Shown: piece after piece, positions 12,266 through 24,971 of the stretch | How positions within the stretch are numbered: the stretch's first letter is position 1 | How the letters are laid out: every line of letters begins with the position of its first letter | Source of the DNA: Conidiobolus incongruus B7586 | Lineage: Eukaryota | Assembly (NCBI GenBank): GCA_000697335.1 | Contig: JNEM01010693.1 | Coordinates: forward strand, 1 to 35,514 | Length of the DNA: 35,514 bases | Reading direction: 5' to 3' | Program-made: the position numbers and the translations under genes | The notes under the pieces: generated by a model | What the model was told of the DNA's origin: nothing | Databases searched by the model: none | The model's input: only the letters and a program-made list of their open reading frames with translations

Positions 12266-13003
12266 TTATAATAAAACCAATAGAGGAAAAGATAAAGAAG
12301 AGGTGAACAACAATGTGTTAAAACATTAATCATATTAGCATTAGACTTACCAGAATTTTGGGAATCAGTTTCATTGTTAGCCTTGGAACCTTTGCCATTT
12401 TTTTTTGATGTCAGCACCATTCTTAGACTTAGAACCTTGGTTATTTTGTATAATATTGATTCCATTACTGGGCTTAAAATCACTATTACCATTTGAGGAT
12501 TACCAATCAACCTGTTATACAAATTTTCGTTGCACTCATTATAACATTTCAAAAATTCATTATATTATTTTGCATACAATGCTTAGTGCATCGCACGGAA
12601 TCCTTAATCATGAAGTTAGGTAAGTTAGCTTCCTTGGTTTGACAATTTTTTATATTCAGATGGTTTTGATAACTAAAATCCTCGAAGCAGTCTCTGTTTC
12701 TAACGGCTCTGCAGTGTGCAGCGTACTTGAAAAAAGTATCATGATGATCTCTGATGCATTGCTTAATTTTTGAATATGATTTGATTCTCTAATCAACTAT
12801 ATATCATATTTTACACCTATTGCACTCAAAGCACATTTCCAATCGGATTGATCGCATTTATTTACCCCTTTTATAACTTAAAATTTATTAGCATACATTA
12901 AAACTTGCCATTCAAACATAGATACACAGCCTATTCCTTATTCAATTTCGTCGTTTTCAGCAAACATTGATTCCAAAGCTAATAACAAAGTATTTAATTT
13001 CAT
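12266..13003 (-). pseudogene. Cys-rich GPI-type family paralog 2, disrupted
   Basis: Reads MKLNTLLLAL..., then CQTKEANLPNF..SVRCTKHC..(L)KCYNECNENLY..GKSNANMINV-NTLLFTSSLSFPLLVLL*. It has at least three in-frame stops and several frameshifts. The listed ORF 12217-12552 is a mixed-frame fragment. Confidence 0.85.
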
Positions 13004-13045
13004 AACTATCTAAATATTTGACTATAGAATAACTTCCTCTTGTTC

Positions 13046-13055
13046 TATTTATATA
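13046..13055 (-). promoter_or_regulatory. Putative TATA box of paralog 2
   Basis: TATATAAATA on the minus strand, 43 nt upstream of the ATG. Confidence 0.4.
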
Positions 13056-14292
13056 GTAGCTGTATTTATCAATTAAAACTCTCAAATGTAATCAAATCAT
13101 ATTTCATTAATAATCTAAATCAAATAAAATAAATTTTTGTACATTTAATAAACAAAAGAGCGAGAATATCGGATAGTAACATTATGAATTTTCTATCACT
13201 CGGATATCAAGTATATAAAATATATAATATGTATTAAATCAGCTATAAAACTATTTAAGCAATATCATTTCTATTAATCTATATAATATCTGATGATATG
13301 ATTTGATTAAAATATTTTAATTTGAAAAATATACTAAAATATATAAATTTATAACTAAAAAAAGTTATCAATATTCAAATCTAAACACATGCCAATAAAA
13401 ATTAACAAAAAATATCTTTAAAAACTCATTAAATAATGTAAGAGTTAAGTTTTATAATAATATGGAGCTTTATGTATAGGAGTAATTTTGTCGATATAAA
13501 AATATCATTTATTATTATTTATATATAATAAAATTATTTCAATTATTATCAAAACAGGTGAATTTAAATCAGGTTTCCTGATTGGTTAGTAACTTTTTGA
13601 ATTCGTAACAATAAAATTTATTAGAATAAATATTGTTAAAATAATTTTTAAATTTCATTAAAACCTTAATTTTATATAACAAATAATATCAAAATATAGA
13701 GATATTCATGCGATATATTATCATTACTTAATTCATTTTCATATCAAAATATTGCACAAATCAAACTATAATGATAACTTGGTTCAATTCAAAAGCTAGT
13801 AATACAGTTTGTAGAATCACTCATATTCTACAATTATATTTACATTATTTGAATGATTGCTAGCTTTCAAAAAATTGTTATATTTAGTAAACTACATATA
13901 ATTTGAATTTTTTTATATTTGATATTAAAGATGAATTATGCATATACTGTTAATAGTCAAAACTGAAAGTAATATATTTAATTAAAAAACCTTGTCAGGA
14001 ATAAACTTCGTAATACTATTATACTCATAATAGTAGAATATTAAATTATTCACTTTAATTACTTTGAATATTATGATTTTATTCCCATGGGTCAGAATAT
14101 TTTATTAAAGGACATACTTTTTCACTAATCAATTATGAATTCTAATTGAAATTTATAAAACTGAAGTAATTGACAATTCGTAATTTAAAATTACTGTATA
14201 CAAATAAACTTATAATTGTCATTATCATAATCATAAAATTCAGAAATCACAAATATGGTCAAAGGACATAAATTCTTATTGACAGTTCAGTT

Positions 14293-15092
14293 CTATATTT
14301 CATTAGAAGTCCTTTGTTTTAAATTTTCAAATAAGTTTAATAGAATTTCGTAATAAAAGTAGAAAAAGGGTATATCAATATTAAACAATAATTTGTTGAC
14401 TACATAAATAATATTGGTATTAGATTTACCAGTTTTTAAAATCAGTGCCATTTCTAGATTTAGAATCCTTATTATTGACTTTAGCATCAGTACTATTAGT
14501 TTGAATTTTTGCTGCTGTCTTTAATATTGGTGCCATTTATTAGCAAACTTTGCTTTGGTCGTCAGAATCTGTGATTATATTGTCATATAGTTAAATGTAG
14601 CGTCTGTAGCTGCATTACAAAATTTCTTCCAATTCGCTTTGGGTATAGGATAATGAACATTGATAGGCATCCTATGCATCGAAAACTTGTAAGTTGATTT
14701 GGTTGGAAAAGTACGTATTTTGGCTGATTCCCAAGTTCCCAAACATTGCTTCCAGCATATCTCATTATTATCATCAGTACATTTTTATTACATTAGTTAT
14801 ATTTATGTATTATATTATTAGTACATTTTTCCACCTTGACTGTTGATGAATTAATGATCCAATCTGCTTGATCGGATTGCAAATGATCAGATATCATAAA
14901 GCACTTTACAATCTCCAATTCGTCAATTTTATCAACACATCCTATAACCTTGTTTGAACTGTTACCCTTGCTGAAAATGTTTTATAATTTACAGGCGAAT
15001 AGATTAGTACTAAATAAATCACAAAATTATTGAGAGGGCTGAGATAGAATAGAAGCAATCGAGATTATAACGTTAGTAATTTCTATTATCAT
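14293..15092 (-). pseudogene. Cys-rich GPI-type family paralog 3, disrupted
   Basis: Reads MIIEITNVIISIASILS..FACKL*N..GCVDKIDELEIVKC..KCTDDNNEICWKQCL..DAYQCS..GKSNTNIIYVVNKLLF, with stops and frameshifts. The 3' end is approximate. Confidence 0.8.
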
Positions 15093-15167
15093 TTTTATAA
15101 TTTTCACGATTAAATATTTTGATTGTTGGCAAAATATTTAGAATTATATCCATCAAACAATCAACAT

Positions 15168-15186
15168 AATATATATATATATATAT
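15168..15186. repeat. (AT)n microsatellite
   Basis: Direct reading; lies upstream of paralog 3. Confidence 0.8.
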
Positions 15187-15240
15187 CATGATATAAATTC
15201 AAATACAAAAGCCTCTTTAGAAATTAGCATTTGAATAGTA

Positions 15241-16168
15241 TTACCTTGAATTTGAAATAATGGGAAATTTTTTAATTTCTGATTTTTCAAACATATTATT
15301 AGTTTGAAATAAATAAATATATACAAAGTTAATAGGAAATTATATATTTTTAATATAAAACTAAAATTAATAAATAAAAATATAAAATAGGTACTTTATA
15401 ATTTAACTAAAGCTTAAAAAAAAGCTAGAGTAGCTATTGTTAAACAAAACCTATTAAAATATTACTAGAAGCTTAAACTTTTACAGTGAATAATTACAAT
15501 TGATGAATCTTAGATCCTTATGTATAATCCTTTACTAAAACACAAATCAAGATGCTGGATTAAGCTAAATCAACCCCCTCTACAAATCCCTTTAAATAAA
15601 CATTTTGTTAATAAGCAAATGTTAATTATTGTAATAGATTATAATAGTATATGCTATTCTTATTTAGTTCCTAAAAGAAAATAAATTAATAGTAAACTAT
15701 ATATTGTTTTTTTAAATAAAAGTATTTCTAATTATTGTTCTCAATATAATTTGAGAAAACCTATTATTTTACATGATAATTGTAAAATACATAAATCTAA
15801 AGCTGTAAAAAACTTTCTAATTAAAAATAACTAGAAAAAACTACCACATCTAGTATATTCCCTTGATTATAACCTATGTGATTATAACCTATGTGATTAT
15901 AATTGCTTTAGGCAATTAAAAAACCAGCTTGCAGGAAAGAAAATTTCTACAGGAAAATTTAATTGGTTTGTAAAACATCAAATTTCAGTCTTTAATAAAA
16001 AAAACTGTTTTTTAGGTGTTAGAAGTTTGCCAAAAGTATAGCAAAAAGTTATTAATAATAAAGCAAACTATTAAATTTATATTATATATTTATTTTTATA
16101 TATCATATATTCAAATGTTTATTTATTTTTAATTGCAAAAAATTCCCATTATTAAAAATGCAGAGTAA
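15241..16168 (+). mobile_element. Mariner copy B, internally deleted (~390 bp of the 5' transposase region missing)
   Basis: TA-flanked TIRs ttaccttgaatttgaaataatgggaaattttt / aaaaaattcccattattaaaaatgcagagtaa. Motifs K*VLYNLT (WVPHNLT), IITIDES*, LHDNCKIH, YSLDYNLCDY. Confidence 0.92.
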
Positions 16169-17588
16169 TAATTATTAAATTGGTGTTATATAATCATTTA
16201 ATTTGTTTGGATCACAGATCAAATAAATTGAATTGAATTGAGATTGAGGGTGATAAAAGCAATATAAGTCAGTATCTAAAAATCCAGACAAGCATGATGG
16301 TTAGGGATTAGATTTAAATTTATCTCTGTTATCATATTCTACATATGTTTAGACTGATAAACAACATTTTCAATGAATATTTGATTAAAATTTTCATTAA
16401 TATTCCACCAAATTAAGTAGATTCATAATTTTACAATACCCTAACTGACATCAACCATTCAATCAAAATATATTTATAAAATTTAATATTCAAATTATAT
16501 TTTGATGAAATTATATAATAATATCTTAGTCCCTGATTGACAACCATTTTAAATTTAAACTCACATAATAATATCTATTCAGTATTTCATGAATACGTTA
16601 AATTGTAAAATGAATTCACTTTTGAACTATTAAGTTATATACTTTAATTGAATCTTTTTTAATCACTTTTAGATATATCTCAAAATCTAATTTTATTACC
16701 CAATTAATACCTTAATAGATTTTGATCTATTAATTTTTTTCCTTTATATAATAAAGTTGATATAATATGTAATTGATAATCTGTGCTTCAAAATAATTTA
16801 GCAATAAAAGAGAAAATAAACTTGAAAATATTATAAAAAATACTCATAGTTCAATGATATGATACACTATGACCATAGTTATATATTATTATGATAGATA
16901 ATATTAATCTTATTAAATTATTGAATTAATATATATGAGAATTTTTTAATAAATTTATATTTTTTAATTGATTTTGGTATAATTTTTGATCCAAAATAAC
17001 TATATATTATTCAATATTATTTAGAATAACTCGTTGATAATATAATGATTGATACGAAATTTCAACTATTTTCTATATATTTTTTTAAAAATATAACTAT
17101 ATAAGTTTATATTACCAAATAATACTTCAATATTAAAATTAAATAAGTTTATTAACCCTAATTTAAAAAAATAATATCATTCAAAATGAGATTTAAAATT
17201 CTTTTTGAAGATAATATATAAATGTTTACAAAATATAGAGTTAATTCTCTTCTTTTATTAACAACCTCTTGATATATTTTTAATAAATATGAATTTCTAA
17301 ATATAAGACTTTAGAACAGATTGAAATTTATAAATTTATAACTTATTAAATATATTTGTAAATTTTATATTTTTAAACATTTTTTATATTTCCCAAAGAA
17401 ATAATATATTTATAGATTATATTTTAATTATTAAACTATATATGATATTATTTGTTAAATATTTTAATTATAAAATTTTTTATAATTTGATATATAATTC
17501 TAATTATATATAGAATAATATCTGTTATTATATTCTATAAATTATATTAATTTAAAATAAATTCAAAAAATTAAAAAACTTAATATTA

Positions 17589-18871
17589 TTACTTTATATT
17601 TTAAATAAAGGGAATTTTTTGTAATTAAAAATAAATAAACATTCTGATATATAATGTATAAAAATAAATATATAATATAAATTTAATAATTTCTATTATT
17701 AATAATAATTTTTTATTATACTTTTAGTAAACTCTTAACACCTAAAAAAATTCTTTTTATTAAAGACTAAAATTTCATATTTCATAAACTAATTAAATTT
17801 TCCTATAGAAATTTTCTTTCTTATAAGCTAGTTTTTTAATTGATTAAAGTAATTTTAATTACATGTGTTATAATCTAAAGAATATACTAGATATGGTAGT
17901 TTTTTCTAGTTATTATTAATTAGAAAATCTTTTACAGGTTTAAATTTATATATTTTATAATTATCAAGTAAAATAATATTTTTTTTAAATTATATTAAAA
18001 ATACTAATTAGAAATATTTTTATTTAAAAATATAACATAAAAATACTATTAGTTGATTTTCCTTTAAGAATTAAATAAAAATAGTATATACCATTATAAT
18101 CTATTATAATAATTAACATTTATTTATTAATAAAATGCTTATTTAAAGGGATTTATACAAGGGGTTAATTTAGTTTAGTTTAGAATTTTGATTTGTGTTT
18201 TAATAAAGAAATATATATAAGGATCTAAGATTCATCAATTATAATTATTCACTATAAAAGCTTAAATTTCTAGTAATACTTCAGTAAGTTTTATTTAACA
18301 ATAGTTATTCTAACTCTTTTCTAATCTTTAGTTAAATTTTAAGATACCTATTTTATATTTTTATTTATTAATTTTAGCTTCAACTTTAATATATATTAAA
18401 TACTTATAAGACTAATATTAAAGTATTTAGATAATTCTCTAATTGAAATAAAAAGGTGTTTTATAACATATCCTTTTACTTTATTAAAAATTAAAAAAAT
18501 AATAATAAAAGTTAATTTTTTAAATTTTAACAGGTTTTAAATAGTTTCTTTTTTAATTTTAAATTAGTTTATCAAATAATAAATAGTTAATTAAAATTAT
18601 ACTTCATTACCAAAAGCTACTTATAAATTTTAAATAATTTTAGAGGGTTTATGATTAAATTTTACTAAGACCAAAATAAAAAACATTTGATGATCATTAT
18701 TTAATTTAAGTATTATTAAATTAAACAGCGAATTTTAAATAGTTAATTTTTTAATTAAAAAAAATAGTATGTAATCTCCAATTTATTATATATATATGTT
18801 CATTTAAAATTAACAATCTATTTGAAAAATCAGAAATTAAAAAATTTCCCATTATTTCAAATTTAAGGTAA
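17589..18871 (-). mobile_element. Mariner copy C, full length, degenerate
   Basis: Reverse complement of copies A/B. TIRs ttactttatattttaaataaagggaattttt and aaaaatttcccattatttcaaatttaaggtaa. Confidence 0.9.
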
Positions 18872-19089
18872 CATTATATTTTCTTAAGAAAATTTAAAAT
18901 TCAATTATATTCAAAATAAATATTAAATTAAATTCCAAAAATATATTTATTTTAATTAATTATCTTGATTAATAGAATATTATAGATTATTTTAAAATGA
19001 TTTCCAATCAATTAAAAATAATATTTTAGTATAGAAACTTACTTTAGTTATATTTAAATATACTTGATTTAATCTTAATCATTTTAACT

Positions 19090-19420
19090 TTTAGTTTTTT
19101 AACTATTGTTGTATTTCAAAATTAATCATCTCTTCCAGTTTGATAGCTAAACCAATATTATTTCTATTTTAAGCTGGCTTTGTCAGTCTATAATTGAAGG
19201 ATACTCTTTGTTCTCTTTATTTTCTTTATTAGATTTTATCCAAATCCCATATCATTCATTGATTCAATTATTTAAACCCAACAGTAAGTTTTCAAACCTA
19301 CAGTCCCGATATGTTAAAGAGCAGCATTAATAAATAATTTACTAAATCATATTTTAAGTACTTTTCTAACTACGATCTTTATTTATAAAACTTAATATAA
19401 AACACAACACTATTACAAAT
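19090..19420. repeat. Unclassified dispersed repeat, copy 2 (lacks ~65 bp present in copy 1)
   Basis: Same orientation as 440-822, with shared blocks ctattgtt.tatttcaaaa, ctctttg, atatca.tca.tga and tctttatttata. Confidence 0.75.
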
Positions 19421-19450
19421 TATTTATTTCATGTTTCAATTAATTCATTC

Positions 19451-19470
19451 ATATATATATATATATATAT
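19451..19470. repeat. (AT)10 microsatellite
   Basis: Direct reading. Confidence 0.8.
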
Positions 19471-20916
19471 TATAATTAATATTCAAATTATTGATAACCA
19501 ATTATTTGATTTAAAATATAATATCAAAGTATATATTAATATTTTACCATTTAGGGTTATATATAAAATTACTAGATTTTAAGTCTTAAAAAATCTCTTT
19601 TTTAACTCAAAAAAGATTTAATTGGTAATAATTAATAAAGTTATACAAAATAATATTTTTAGAAAAAATTTATATTTTATTATTGACTCTAAAATAAATA
19701 TTATTCAGTAATTATAATGCTTATATAATGTCCTGTAATAAGCATTATTTAGTTTAAAACTAATTAAATAAATCAATGTATTTTTAAAATACTTTAATTA
19801 ACACTAGTCTAAAATTATATCACTTAGTATATTTTATTTAAAAAATAATTTGATAAAAAATAAAAATAATTCAATTGTTTTATTATTATTATTTTTAAAG
19901 AATTAGTAAAAATCTAGTTAATGGATATTAAAATCATTTTGATATTTAAGTTGGAAATTTTCTAAGTCATAAAATATATAGAATATACTATATACTTCAA
20001 TATATATCAAAAATTCCATTAACTCAAATTCTAAATTACTAACTTATATTGATTTAAAAACTGAGAATTGGTATTTTTATTATTTTTTCTAAATTCTTAA
20101 AAATTTTGAAAATAAAAATATATATAAAATATATTTGTTAATTTTAATCAATTTCAAATTTACTAAAATATAAATGTTAAATACTAATTTTTATTATCAA
20201 ATTTTCATAATCATTTATAAATTACAATTATTATATGAAAATAATAGCTTATCCTAAACAATCACCTATTATTGGATTAGTCAATTTAAATATAGAAAAT
20301 AACTAAACCTAAATTTGTGAAATGTTACAATATCCATAATAACTGTAATTTTTTTGATAGTTAATCTATTGTTAGATAATCTGAATATTCGGTTTGAGAA
20401 GCTACCTTAATATTCTTAGGTTAATTATTAATAATTAATTTATCAATTTAGGTTTAAATTAAATTTAATAAATAATATTATTAAAGTAATATCATATCAT
20501 AAAATATTTATATAAAAAATTTAATAATTACTAAATAATTATATTATATATATACTTAATAAATAATGTCATATTAATTTAATATCAATTTGAATAAATT
20601 TTTATTTTATTTTCTAATGATATATATTTATTAACCCAGGTTTTATTACTAAAATTATTAATATTTAATTTTATATTATTTAAATTTAATTAATAGTTTT
20701 TTATAACTATATTTCATAGTGTATAAATAAATCAAGTAGATCTTATAACTATCCTTGCTTAATAATTTTTTAATATATCAATTTAAAAATGAAAAAATTA
20801 TTTTAATCAAAATAAATAAAAAAATTTGCTTATTAAGTATACTTATTGGATTGCAATTTTACTAATAATATTTGGTTTTGCTATTTTATAAATATACTCA
20901 ATTTTAGTATATTATA

Positions 20917-22483
20917 TACTAACCCATAAAAGTGAGTTATAAAATCAAAAACATTTATATTTTTACTAATAACTTGATTAATATTTAATAAAATAAACCT
21001 AAATTAAATAATTAAAATTTATTATATTTATTAGTTATATATATCATTAAATGATGATATTTAGCTATTAATTGGCTAAAATATAAACCTTTAAATTTTA
21101 CCTAAGGTGAGTTATAAATTTGTGGGTTTTTGGTGAAAAAAAAATTAAAACCTAGTGTATCTACCTTTAACTTTTTTAACTTCTTTAAGTTTGTGTGGTA
21201 TAAAATCAACTAACTTTTTACACTAAAAAGGGTTAATTTTATTTTATGCTTCTTGAACATATTTTTAAAGTTGATCTAAATTTTTTATTGGGGGGAAACC
21301 TTTAATAGCTTTTTTTAACTAATCTTAAAGGTATTTAATTAGATTAAAGTTAAAAGATTAAAAAAACTACTTTATAATTATTATCTTGTTATTTTTAAGC
21401 TATGTAGTAGTAGAAGTTGTAGTATAGTAAAAGGTATTATCTTACTAGAAAATAACATCAGATTTGTTTAACCTATACTATTCAATAGTTTTTTTAATTT
21501 ATTGTTCAGAATACTTTAATATATTTCAACATTAATTCCCCTATTAACTTTATAAAGATATCTTATATCTAAAGATAATATATATCCCTAAATAATAATT
21601 AACCTACTATTATACTTTTAGGTAAAATTAACATTATGGTTATAAAGTAGTTTTACATTTTTTTTGAAATATCTAGCTTTTTTATTAAATCTACTAAAGT
21701 ATATTTTTGTTTCATTAAACTAAATAACCTTACTTTAATTAGTTTTAGTTTAATATTAGTGGCAACATTTAAACTCTTACCTAACTTTATAATAGGATTT
21801 CTTTAGTTAGGGGTGTTTTTTCTTAAAGTGTAAGTAGTATCTATACTAATGTAAAGCATGTATAATAGTATTAGTGCTAACTAATATTTTTATATAGTTT
21901 TATAGTTCCTGCTGTATTTTTACAACAATACTATATTTACCTTTATTAACTAACCTATAAATATACTTTTCATTATGTTTATCTATAATCCTAGTATATT
22001 TAAGTTTAGGTTTAAATGTTTTTATTGTTATTTTTAACAACTTTAGCTATAGTAAACTAGCTAACACTAGTAATTCTAACAATATTATGAGTTGATTTAC
22101 CTTCTTTATAAAGTTGATTAATGTACAAATAGATTTTTTTAGAGAGGGATTTAAGTATAATAATACTAATAAAAAAATTTAGTATATCTATAAAATATTA
22201 TATAAAATAATAGCAAAGAGAGAAAAAAGATATAGTTATATATTGTTAAATATATCCTTTTATCTCAAAAACCCATAAATTTATAACTCACCTTGGTTAA
22301 ATATTAAAGGTTAATATTTTTGCTAATAGTTTACTAAATATATCTAAATATATTTATTTATTATTAAATAATATACCTTAATTATATATTATAGTTTTAA
22401 ATAATCTAATATATACAATTGTTTTAGTTGTTAATTAAAATATATATATTTTTGATTTTATAACTCATTTTTACAGGTTAGTG
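20917..22483 (-). mobile_element. Tc1-family (DD34E) DNA transposon with ~215-bp IR/DR-type terminal inverted repeats
   Basis: TA-flanked. TIRs at 20917-~21132 and ~22266-22483 each carry two copies of (G/A)TGAGTTATAAA. A transposase relic lies between them. Confidence 0.92.
21145..22158 (-). pseudogene. Tc1 transposase relic (~338 codons)
   Basis: HTH EGKSTHNIVRITSVS*FTI; VI*FNETK (VIWSDETK); F**DNTFYYT (FQQDNA.CHT); *FF*SFNFNLIKYL* (WP.QSPDLNPIEHLW); C-terminus KGRYTRF*. There are 34 residues between the second D and the E position. Confidence 0.9.
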
Positions 22484-23658
22484 TATATATAATTCAATTG
22501 TAATATATAGTGATTTTTAGCCTTAAATTAAAGCTATTAATTTTTGGATATTTCAATATTCCCTAGAGTATATAATAAAATTTTTGAAAAAAATAAAATA
22601 TGTATTATATTATTTAATAAACTATTTAAATTTATATAAACAAATAGATTTAAATAGAATATTCATAATAACTGTTTTTAACTTATATATTTGAAAGTAA
22701 TATTATATATAAGTTTCAATTTATTATAGGAAAATTTTATATCTTAATAATATTATCAAGAAATATTTGAAGTTTTGATTTAATTATATTGATTTAATTC
22801 CTCAAAAAGTCTAATAATTTATTATATATAATTATCAAAATAAATTAAAAAATTTTTAAAAATACTTGATGTTATTCTATAGCATTTGTTTTTAAAATAC
22901 TATTAAAATGAATATCCTTTTTTTCAAATATTAGATTCTATTAACAACTAATGTCTAATGGATTAGATTGATTAAAAATTAAGAAATTAATATATAAATA
23001 CTGATATTTAAAAGTTTTTTCAATTATAAAATAAGCTATATAAATACCTAATTTTTAAGGATGGTAATATGAATTAGTTATTAATTAATATATTATATAA
23101 TTAAAATTATTTCTATTACTTTAGCTAAATATTATGATATCTACCAAAATATCAAAGGCTTTACAAAAAATATTTTAATTAACAAAAGTATTTTCTGAAA
23201 ACAAAATATTTTTGGTTTTTGAAAATTTCTATTTTTGATTCATTGAAAATATATTAAATTTAATATAAATTTACATAAGATAAAATTAGAGAATTTAAGA
23301 TCAATTTAATCTTTATTATCAATCATACCAATTATCGGATGTAAAATAAACCTAATGCAAATTATATAACTATATAATTATTTTGAAAAAATATTATATT
23401 ATATTTCATAAAAATTTCAAAAGGTAATTAAATGAAAATTATTTAGTAATTGATTATAATATACCAAAGGTATTTGAAAAATCAGTTATATATTGAATAT
23501 TTTACTTTTTTATATCAGATTTTGTTAAATTATAAATATACATGCATCAATCATTCAACCAATATTTCTATAACTTAGAATACAAAATGAAATACAAATC
23601 TGGTTAATGTTTGACATAAAATTTTTGCAAAGTTTAGTATTTAATAAAAGAAAAATTA

Positions 23659-24971
23659 TTAGTATGGAAATTAAAAAATGGCAAATTTTTTAATTTCTGA
23701 TCTTTCAAACATATTATATGTTTTGAAAGATTATATATATATAATATATAGGAAAATAAATATTTTCAAACTATATATATATTCAATTTTAATTCTTTTT
23801 TTATTAAAATATTTTGATTTTAAAATTTATATTTAAATTTAATCATGTTTAAAATAGATTGTAATTATCAGAAGGTTTTTATTTTTGTATCTTTAAAATT
23901 TAACCATAAACCCTTTAAAATCATCTAAAACTTGTAAACAGCTTATAGAGATGGTGCTTTATTTAAAACTACCATATATCACTGGATTTGTGATTTTAAA
24001 GCTAGAAGGGACATTATTTAAAATTTACTAAAATCTAAAAGACTAATTTCTACTGTTATTTTTTCACTTACTAATAAAGTAAAAAATATATTAAGAAATA
24101 CCTTTTTATTTCTGTTAGAGAACTATCAAAGCAATTTAATATTAATTATACAAGCATGTTATATTTACTTAAGTTTAAACTTAAATTAATTAATAACAAT
24201 ATAAAATAGATATCTTATAATTTAACAGAAACCCAAAAGAAAATTAGAGTAGCTATAGCTAAACTAAACTTATTAAGGTATAACTAAAAACAAAGGTTTT
24301 TACAGCAAATACTTATAATTAATGAATCTTAAATTCCTTTATATAATCCTTTACCTAAAAATAAATCAAGATGTTGGGTTAAGTTAAATCAATCCTCTCT
24401 ATAAATTCTAATGAATAAATACTTTAAATATAAGCAAATGTTAATTGTTGTAATAGATTATAATAATATATAGTTTTCTTATTTAATACCTCAAGGAAAA
24501 TTAATCAATAGTAAGTTATATATTACCTTTTTAAATAAAACAATTTCTAAATAGTGTTCTCAATATAAATTAAAAACACTTATTATTTTGCATGATAATT
24601 GCAAAATACATAAAGTTAAAGCTATAAAAGATTTTTTATATAAAAAAATTAGAGGGAGTTACCACATCCAGTATATTCACCTGATTATAACCTATGTAAT
24701 TATAATTGTTTTAGACAATTTAAAAAACAGCTTGCAGGAAAAAAAATTCCTGCAAACAAATTAAATTGGTTTGTGAAACATTAAATTTCAGTCCTTAATA
24801 AAAAGAACTGTTTTTTAAGTATTAGAAGCTTACCAAAAGTATAGAAAAGAGTTATTAATAATAAAAGAGGCTATTAATTTTATATTATTTATTAATTTTT
24901 ATATATTATTTATTAATTTATTTGTTTAATTTTAATTTTAAAATTGTGCCATTACTTAATTTCTGCACTAA
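23659..24971 (+). mobile_element. Mariner copy D, full length, second TIR subfamily
   Basis: TA-flanked TIRs ttagtatggaaattaaaaaatggca / tgccattacttaatttctgcactaa; 1313 bp. Confidence 0.93.
23845..24877 (+). pseudogene. Mariner transposase relic (~344 codons)
   Basis: ATG at 23845. Motifs AYRDGALFKTTIYHWICDFKARR..NLLKSKRL (DLPRSGRP), IINES*I, LHDNCKIH, LPHPVYSPDYNLCNYNCF. Stop at 24875-24877. Confidence 0.9.

Noticed and set aside
12405..12623. 72-aa plus-strand ORF
   Set aside because: Antisense to pseudogene paralog 2.
14583..14774. 63-aa minus-strand ORF
   Set aside because: Off-frame reading of pseudogene paralog 3; the family-like frame here is KCTDDNNEICWKQC.
15864..15902. CRISPR-like short repeats
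   Set aside because: Adjacent tandem copies without spacers, inside a transposase; no CRISPR array was seen anywhere in the window.
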